Position numbers and translations under genes: made by a program
The notes under the pieces: model-generated
The model's database searches: none
What the model saw: the letters and a program-made list of their open reading frames with translations, nothing else
What the model was told of the DNA's origin: nothing
Source: Macrostomum lignano
Taxonomy: Eukaryota
Length of the DNA: 50,896 nucleotides
Direction of reading: 5' to 3'
Assembly: GCA_002269645.1 (NCBI GenBank)
Contig: NIVC01000541.1
Coordinates: 1-50,896 of the forward strand
Part shown: positions 37,791 to 50,896 of the stretch, one piece after another
Numbering within the stretch: the stretch's first letter is position 1
Layout: the number at the start of each line of letters is the position of its first letter

Positions 37791-38110
37791 TTAAAACCCC
37801 ATCTTGCAAATCCTGTTGATCAGCTTGTTGAGCTCTGCCTGCTGCTTGAACTCGCCGGTCCTTCGCATCTTCAACAGGATGTGCAGCACGCAGGTCAGGC
37901 AGACATCCTGCCTCGGCATTTGAGTGCCGCACTGCAGCTCCAGCGTCTTGGCCAGGTCGGCGCTATTTGAGTCCGGCGATTCGCCCGTGTTGGCCGACTC
38001 AATCAGCTGCGGCGCCGAGTTCAACGTGAGCAGCAGGGCGATGAGCAGTGTGGCGGTGCGAGGTGCCTGCAGATGGTTAATCAGTTTGGTGCAGAAGCTT
38101 TACGAACCAT
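37791..38110 (-). CDS. Candidate small secreted protein (~92 aa, 4 Cys), family not recognised
   Basis: GC-rich exon 38066-37791 behind a clean acceptor (ccatctgcag|) in AT-richer flanks. Reads APRTATLLIALLLTLNSAPQLIESA (signal-peptide-like) ... LQCG...DVCLTC...RICKMGF*. Tentative start is ATG|GTTCGT at 38110-38108 with a 41-nt intron. Confidence 0.5.
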
Positions 38111-38261
38111 CTGTAATTTTATCATCATCGTCTAAAAGTTGCCCAGAAACTGCTCAAGAACTGCGTGTACATTAAAAATGGGCTCAGAATTTAAATTTTC
38201 CGCGAACTGGCTCAAAGAAAATACCCCTTAAAGACGACAGTCGCCCCTAAAACATCCCAAA

Positions 38262-38705
38262 GAATCACCGCTGAACCAACCCGAAGGATCACCGCTGAAC
38301 CATCATGAAGAATCACCGCTGAACCATCCCAAAGAATCACCGCTGAACCATCCTGAAGGATCACCGCTGAACCATCCCGAAGAATCACCGCTGAACCATC
38401 CCGAAGAATCACCGCTGAACCATCCCAAAAAATCACCGCTGAACCATCCCAAAAAATCACCGCTGAACCATCCCGAAGAATCACCGCTGAACCATCCCGA
38501 AGAATCACCGCTGAACCATCCTGAAAAATCGTCCCTGAACCATCCCGAAGAATCACCGCTGAACCATCCCGAAGAATCACCGCTGAACCATCCCGAAGAA
38601 TCACCGCTGAACCATCCCGAAGAATCACCGCTGAACCATCCCGAAGAATCACCGCTGAACCATCCCAAAAAATCACCGCTGAACCATCCTGAAAAATCGT
38701 CCCTA
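38262..38705. repeat. 24-bp minisatellite (gaatcaccgctgaaccatcccgaa)
   Basis: Direct reading. Confidence 0.9.
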
Positions 38706-41465
38706 AACTATCTCGAAGAGAGTTGTTTCCCAAACTATCGTCAGGATAAATTTCAGCAACAAACGTTTACCTTCATATTTGATGATTTGAGAAATCGAAT
38801 TTCGGAATTTCCGGAAGTCAAAATTGTTGATAGCACAGTGCGAGCCGGTCTTAACCTGGGGCGTTTCTACCTGCACGGGCGGGGCATTTATAGCGGCTAC
38901 GCCTATCCATTTTTCCTTTTCCGGGTGAATAAGCATTCAACAAAGACCATCAAACGGCTTCTTGGCTTTATGCGATCTTGTATGATATAGATTAGCACAT
39001 GGACTACCTCAAAGATTCTTAAATCGATTTACCATGTGGATAGCAAGAACACTAAGTGATGATGAGGAGCTTCAAGGTGAAACTGCTCTGGAATTAGCTG
39101 TTTTGATTAATTGATTGGTTGGGCTCTGGTGATATTTGCTAATATATCAAAATTTTCCCTCTGTTCGATCCGCTTGAGAAGGCTTTTACAATTTTAGTTT
39201 GAATAAAATATACGAGTACTCAGCAACATCGAAAAGTCGCCATCACAGAAGATTCAGTCTGTGGTCGCTACTTTTGAGAGCGCAGGTAAAGTCTCTCAAT
39301 CTTTGCGAGTGACGCAACTCAGCTACACCGCGGCAGACTTGCGTTGAGGAATGAAGTGGGGGAGCGGTGTGCGAGAGTTGGACGGATTAAGCTTACCCCA
39401 ATCAGTTTTCTCGTATCTTTTATTTCAGAATAGTCCAAGAGAAATTGCTAACTGGCGCAGAGAGTGGCGACTTTTCAATGTTTCTGATTATAGTTCTTTG
39501 ACGTTGATCTTTTATCGTACTGACGACAATAAAAGGGATAGCGACGCTTGGCTGCCCGACGTTTGCCAGCCTTACTTGTTCTTTCTATGTAATCCACGGC
39601 ATGTGCGACTCCGGCGGAGATAATGGTTTATCTCCGCTATCCATGTCCATCCATCTCGTTGCTTTGTCTATGGGAGCAGAGTTACGCTACTGATTATCGC
39701 CGCTCATTTAACACTGGGGGAATAGACGAGGCGCACAGGCAAAGTCTCCGAGTCTTCGCTCGGAGATTCTGTATGGCTCATCTCCTCGTCAGGTGATTTT
39801 AGCCTTGATTTTTTAAAGTTATATCTATGACCTCAACTCCCAACCAAAGCCGCTAAAGACCTCAGCTTTCCTTTTCTTTTTTTAAGACTTGCTATGCTTA
39901 TACCTTATTTCCAACGATAAAATACAAGTGTTGACTGCAAGGTTCAATCCACAACAGTACCAAAGCAACCGATGTAATCAAAAGGCATGAGGGAGGGAGA
40001 GAGATTAGAAACATTGGACTAGACAGAGGGAGAGAGAAAACAGAGTAAATAAAGAGAAGTGCAGATGAACTAAGGAAATAAATAAGAAAGTCGATAACAC
40101 ATGTCCTACCAACGACTTACTCAATAACTTATTAAGCTTGTTGAGTTGTTAAGTTGTCCTTGTGCTAAACTTGTCGACATGAGCTTTGAAGCTGCATGGA
40201 GAGGAAATCTCGCCGATCACAGTACGAGTTGACTCGTAGTTGTTACTCCCCCTCTTTTTCCCAGACTGGCACTGGCACTGGCACACTAAAGCGACCTCTC
40301 AGTGCTCCTTGGCTTAGTTTTTTCGGCCTCAAAATGCCGAAACTTCGAAGTACGCTCGCATAAGGCAAGCTCTGTTGTCAGTTTTCAGAAAAAACATTTT
40401 CAGTTACGTTCAAATCATGTCTAAGCACGGATTATGAGATAGGCCTTTATTACACGAACTATATGCATTTTAAATTCCGCGCAAAAGCAAGAAAAACTTT
40501 TGTTTTAATACTCGTATTTTTTAAGAATTTTTTCGCGATTTATTTGTTGTTTTAATGGAGTCAAAAACTAATAAAAATAGGAGAGCCCACCGCGGTTCAA
40601 GCATTCAGAGGATAAGTAAAAGCGAGTAATCAAGAAGAAAAGTGTTCTGATTAAAACCTTGAGAATTCTATTTGTCTTTAATTGTTTTCAATTTAATTTT
40701 TCGATAGAGTGAAGTAGAAGAAAACGCATACCGTATATACTACTGAGAAGTAGAACATGAAAAGGAAAGGGATACGAAGTAGATCCCTAGAATACCGAGG
40801 CTGTGACCCTCTAATCTCGGGAATGTCCAGGACTAAAGAGATACTCGTACATGCAATACATATACCAGTAAAGTACATAGCACTCAGGCCAGATCTATCA
40901 AGAACGTTATTAGTAAAGAATAATAACGCTACCAGTAAGGAATAGGAAATACTCAGACTCAGATATATATACTTAGAACTTAGACAAATACTTAGATTAT
41001 ACTCAGAACTATACTAAGACTAATCCTCAGAATATTACTCAGATTAATGCTATGACTTATGTGCTCAGGGGTAAACTATAATCTACTTTACACAATTACT
41101 TTACACTCAATGCAGCTGCAGGCAAATTTTACAATACTATTCGCAACCCCGATTTGCATAGTCAAAGGCTATGAATTCTGGCGCATAGTTTCAGAGGACC
41201 AAGGGTGGTCGCCGAGACAACGAACTGAGAGTTTTACTGGCTAAATTTCTGTAGTTAGCCAACTCACACTCAACTCAAATGATTGCTGCGCGAGTCAGCT
41301 TCGCTTGGGAGAAGAGGAATGTAGAATACTCGTAGAATAATCTAGAGACTCTTTCGTAATATACAGTACAACAAGAGTTCGTCTGAGTTCTCACAACTCA
41401 GACGTTATATAGACGGTGAGAGATAAAATTGCAGACTAATAATGCGCTACGAGTAGGTTTCATAA

Positions 41466-42361
41466 GGGGAGTACGAGATCTGCTAGCCGAAATCTGCTAG
41501 CCGAAGTTTGCTAGCCGAAGTTTGCTAGCCGACTAGCCGAAATCTGCTAGCCGAAATCTGCTAGCCGAAATCTGCTAGCCGAAATCTGCTAGCCGAAATC
41601 TGCTAGCAATAATCGAACCAAAACCGGCGAGCAGCAATTTACGAAGTTGCAATTTGCTAGAGACAATTTTGCTTGCCCAATTTCGCAAGAAACTTTGCAG
41701 GACTTATCGTGCAGGACAATTGAATTTGCGCTTAATCGCTCTAATGGCTCTCATTTTGTCATGCTTATTAGCAGTGATCCGCAAATTACAATTTATAATA
41801 ATAATTGCATTCTGCATTGCTGTATTGTAATGTAATGCATTTGAAAATTACCCAATCAGAAATTTCTTTGTTCTTAATTCTATTCTTCTTAACACCTTTT
41901 AAAATGTGGCTTCTTTGGTCAAAATAAATAACCGATTTGCTTTTTTAAAGTGTTTAGGAAGAGGCCGATCGCGGGCTAAAATTATAAGTGTGCCCCACAA
42001 TGCAATCATAAAATGAAAAGCGCAAATTCAATTGTCCTGCACGATAAGTCCTGCAAAGTTTCTTGCGAAATTGGGCAAGCAAAATTGTGTCTAGCAAATT
42101 GCAACTTCGTAAATTGCTGCTCGTCGGTTTTGATTCGATTATTGCTAGCAGATTTCAGCTAGCAGATTTCGGCTAGCAGATTTCGGCTAGCAGATTTCGG
42201 CTAGCAGATTTCGGCTAGCAGATTTCGGCTAGCAGATTTCGGCTAGCAGATTTCGGCTAGCAGATTTTGGCTAGCAGATTTCGGCTAGCAGATTTCGGCT
42301 AGCAGATTTCGGCTAGCAGATTTCGGCTAGCAGATTTCCTGCTAGCAAACTTCATAGACCC
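41466..42361. mobile_element. TIR element with subterminal 14-bp tandem repeats (Mutator/Phantom-like, non-autonomous)
   Basis: Arms 41478-41733 and 42018-42340 are inverted, each with a tandem gaaatctgctagcc array. GGG...CCC termini, 7-bp direct repeat ttcataa (41459-41465, 42362-42368). Confidence 0.75.
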
Positions 42362-42943
42362 TTCATAACACTCAGTTACTCGACCCTCAGACTGTAGCCC
42401 CAGACACACCAAAAACCCTTCATTAGTTACAATTGAGCTAGCAAGCAAGCAGAAGCCGTTCTCAGAGAATTCCAACTGCATTCATTCAACTACAGCTGAA
42501 AAAAACTTTAAAGTTCATAGCACAGAATCTCTCCTCCATCAAATGTAGACGTTTTCTGTCCAGCTATACTCATCGAACAAATAACCCCTTGGACTAGCCC
42601 TGTACCCCAGGGCGCCCACCCAGTCCTTTCTCCGATTCTAATTGCGCGGCCTTGTGACCGAGGAGTGCAGGACGGGGTGGGGGGGAGAGTGATGAGGCGC
42701 TGCATGCTACAGCAGTACCGCTGGGCCTGTGGGACTGGCTCAAGACGTTCCAGCTGCCTAAGCCCTGAGCAATCTCTATGCTTTCTCTGTCCCTCGCCTC
42801 ATCTCTAACTCACCTGCCGCTCTCTCCATACCTCTGTCCCAACACACATTCATATACTGAGGCTCGTCAGTTCCAGACAGCCACAGCCCTGGCAGTCCCT
42901 ACTCTGTCGCTACTCCGTTTTGCACCTCTAACAGGCAGGCGAA

Positions 42944-47816
<4,873 letters not shown>

Positions 47817-48127
47817 TAAGTGAACTCCTGTGAGACTCGTATCTTGTAGTCTCTATAAGTTGATTTGAGTCCTAATTTTGATATGCAGTTCTAAAAGTTC
47901 ATCTTTAAGTTCTTGCAATAAAAACTATGAATCGATCATTTGATTTGGGATAGGGTAGCAGCAGTTTCAATTGAATTTAATGTGGCAGCTAAAAGAGGAT
48001 GTGAACTTAAGCGCGATTTGGAAGCCGTGAGTCCAGCAACCAAACCGCTGCGAAATTCTCACTATTCAGACCCAAAATAGACAAGAAAAGCGTAATTGAT
48101 CTTTCTTCCACCCCGGCCGCTTCCGCA

Positions 48128-50896
48128 TGGGATAAATGGGGAAAAATGGGGATTTCATGTGAACTTAAGGCTCTGAAATGGAAGCGGTGGCCAATTGAGC
48201 CGGTTTCTCGATCGGATCTCTCTACTGGACCGACAAAGAGAGAAGAATCGTTGAAAACCGCATCTCTCTATCATTTGGTCTCCCTGAATGGGATAAATGG
48301 GGAAAAATGGGGATTTCATGTGAACTTAAGGCTCTGAAATGGAAGCGGTGGCCAATCGAGCCGGTTTCTCGATCGGATCTCTCTACTGGACCGACAAAGA
48401 GAGAAGAATCGTTGAAAACCGCATCTCTCTATCATTTGGTCTCCCTGAATGGGATAAATGGGGAAAAATGGGGATTTCATGTGAACTTAAGGCTCTGAAA
48501 TGGAAGCGGTGGCCAATTGAGCCGGTTTCTCGATCGGATCTCTCTACTGGACCGACAATGAGAGAAGAATCGTTGAAAACCGCATCTCTCTATCATTTGG
48601 TCTCCCTGAATGGGATAAATGGGAAAAATGGGGATTTCATGTGAACTTAAGCTCCAGAATGGAGTTGAATGAGGTCAGCAGACCAAACCGACTGGAATCG
48701 ATGACTCGTCGGCCGAGATGACTATAACCGTCAGGACATTTGGCCCTGTACTCTTATTTAATGAATGAGAATTCAAAGAGCGATTGTATTTTGAATGCAT
48801 GTAATGTCTTCGTATTATTGTATTTATTATCACAGCACTCCTTTATTAGTCGGAAACAAATATAAAATATTTGTAACTAACAAGGTGAAAGCTTTGATAA
48901 AAGTTTACTTAAATGTTTGTCATCTTGAAAGCAAAATGCGCTTTAGCTGTCGTCATACGAGTAGCAGATCACTAACTGCCTAAGCCTGCACCAGTACGAT
49001 CAATGTAAGGAATCCTGTTTCATGAACGAATGGATTCCAACCTTGTTCAATCGTCATGTCATCGATTTTATGCCAGACGTTGCTTTTAAAGATGCAGCAG
49101 ATGCAGTGCCTTTCTTGCATAGAGCGGCCTTGATGCGAAATAGTAAACACTGGGCAACCAAGGGCCGAGACACTTCCTGCTCGATTCGACCAATTGACGC
49201 TCGTGTGCAGCTTGTGCCCATTAGATTCCGTCCGGTCAGTGTACAGCAGAGTCACTCTCCCGGAAACAGCTTTTACTTCTTGGACGGACTCACCATTGCA
49301 CTCTGTATTCACACATTGCTAACGCTGCGGTGTTGTCCATGCATTGTAGAGGTTCTCAATGTTGATTGCTGCACTTGAAAACTGCTGTAATGCGATTGAA
49401 ATCACTCTGCTGTCGATGGCTTCATTGGGAAGCTCTTCAATGGAGCTGAGGCAGCTCTGGCAAGTTCGAACCAGAGAAAACTCTGTGAGACTGCGCGGCT
49501 CCAGTTCCATTCGCTGGAGAACGCACTGCAGCAGTTCATTCAGTTGGCCTCTCAGTGCTTCCATCCATCTACACTGGCAGGCCCTGTCGTCATGGCGGTC
49601 AGCAGGTCTCTCATGCGTTATGTACCATACCGCCATTCACAGGCAATATGATCTTCATGTCGTGTTGAAGAAAGTGAAAGAGCTGCACGACAACATTAGC
49701 GTAACATTGCAGACCTCTATTTGAGAGGCCAACAAGTCTCGGATTCTGCGAACGGCCAAGTCTGATTGTTGAGTCTCATGTTGACTCTGCTGATCTTGAC
49801 GATGATGTTGGGGATGCTGGCTCCGGTCCCGTTGGCTGTTTTGGTGAGCCTGAGATGTTGTTTCATCTACACTGCCATAAAATCTGGAAATGAGTCTGCG
49901 CGGAAGGACAGAATCAAAGAAACGAACTCTTGCACCAGAATTCTGGTAACTTTGAGGCTCGTCTTCAGCACGGCCATGACATGGCAGTCACAACCTGCGG
50001 TTCTGCTACAGGCAACTGATGTCGAGCAGTAGCCATGTAGAAATCGAAGGCCAGAATCTCGAAAGTCAAATCGATTGCTTAAGTTCTGGAGCTTTAGTTC
50101 ACATGAAATCCCCATTTATCCCATTTCTTCTCCAGGACCCAGTAGAATAGACTCAGATGGAATGTGTCAGCGTTTGTAGTCATCTGAGTCGACAAGTTAT
50201 CGATTCCAGTCGGTTTGGTCTGCTGGCCTCATTCGAGCTCCATTTTGGAGCTTAAGTTCACATGAAATCCCCATTTTTCCCCATTTATCCCATTCAGGGA
50301 GACCAAATGATAGAGAGATGCGGTTTTCAACGATTCTTCTCTCAGTGTCGGTCCAGTAGAGAGATCCGATCGAGAAATCGGCTCAATTGGCCACCGCTTC
50401 CATTTCAGAGCCTTAAGTTCACATGAAATCCCCATTTTTCCCCATTTATCCCATTCAGGGAGACCAAATGATAGAGAGATGCGGTTTTCAACGATTCTTC
50501 TCTCAGTGTCGGTCCAGTAGAGAGATCCGATCGAGAAATCGGCTCAATTGGCCACCGCTTCCATTTCAGAGCCTTAAGTTCACATGAAATCCCCATTTTT
50601 CCCCATTTATCCCATTCAGGGAGACCAAATGATAGAGAGATGCGGTTTTCAACGATTCTTCTCTCAGTGTCGGTCCAGTAGAGAGATCCGATCGAGAAAC
50701 CGGCTCAATTGGCCACCGCTTCCATTTCAGAGCCTTAAGTTCACATGAAATCCCCATTTTTCCCCATTTATCCCATTCAGGGAGACCAAATGATAGAGAG
50801 ATGCGGTTTTCAACGATTCTTCTCTCAGTGTCGGTCAGTAGAGAGATCCGATCGAGAAACCGGCTCGATTGGCCACCGCTTCCATTTCAGAGCCTT
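48128..50896. mobile_element. Foldback-like element with inverted arrays of a 161-bp unit; right end lies beyond the window
   Basis: About 3 tandem 161-bp units on + (48128-48650) plus ~90 bp unique, mirrored on - by 50160-50896 (at least 4 units). The ~1.4-kb core contains the USP remnant. TSD cannot be seen. Confidence 0.65.
48980..49760 (-). pseudogene. Decayed intronless ubiquitin-specific protease (peptidase C19/USP) domain
   Basis: Cys box VGLSNRGLQCYANVVVQLF (Cys codon 49706-49704), finger-type CQSC and CVNTEC, His box ISHQGRSMQERHC (His 49108-49106) and WHKIDD (49066-49058). One frameshift near 49640-49615 and one in-frame TAG at 49321-49319. Confidence 0.75.

Noticed and set aside
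39745-39766. 8-bp stem hairpin tctccgag-tcttcg-ctcggaga
   Set aside because: No CTRR end nearby for a Helitron terminus, and an isolated hairpin of this size is expected by chance in 50 kb.
48146-50757. Repeated 63-aa ORF MGISCELKALKW...
   Set aside because: By-product of the 161-bp unit.

Overview
Eukaryotic (animal, probably invertebrate) genomic DNA: GC-rich exons and introns filled with private minisatellites. The style recalls free-living flatworms such as Macrostomum, but that is inference only. Four spliced genes could be assembled by hand: the 3' part of a FERM/FERM-adjacent (FARP/FRMD7-like) gene (+), a complete prolyl oligopeptidase PREP (-), a complete TSPAN13/31 tetraspanin (+) and the 5' part of an ADAM/reprolysin metalloprotease (+). 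There is also a candidate orphan secreted peptide (-). The 15-30 kb interval between the divergent PREP and TSPAN genes is a CpG-depleted graveyard of nested transposons. It contains the most notable feature: a ~2.2 kb decayed negative-strand RNA virus polymerase (motifs F, A, B, C=IDD, D, E in order; qinvirus-like endogenous viral element). Two other highlights: a foldback-like element with inverted 161-bp repeat arrays around a decayed intronless ubiquitin-specific protease (USP/C19) domain, and a ~280-bp TIR element holding a 64-bp piece of 28S rRNA centred on the R2/Pokey target site. No CRISPR, tRNA or intact rRNA gene was seen. All coordinates and counts are manual. No searches were run.
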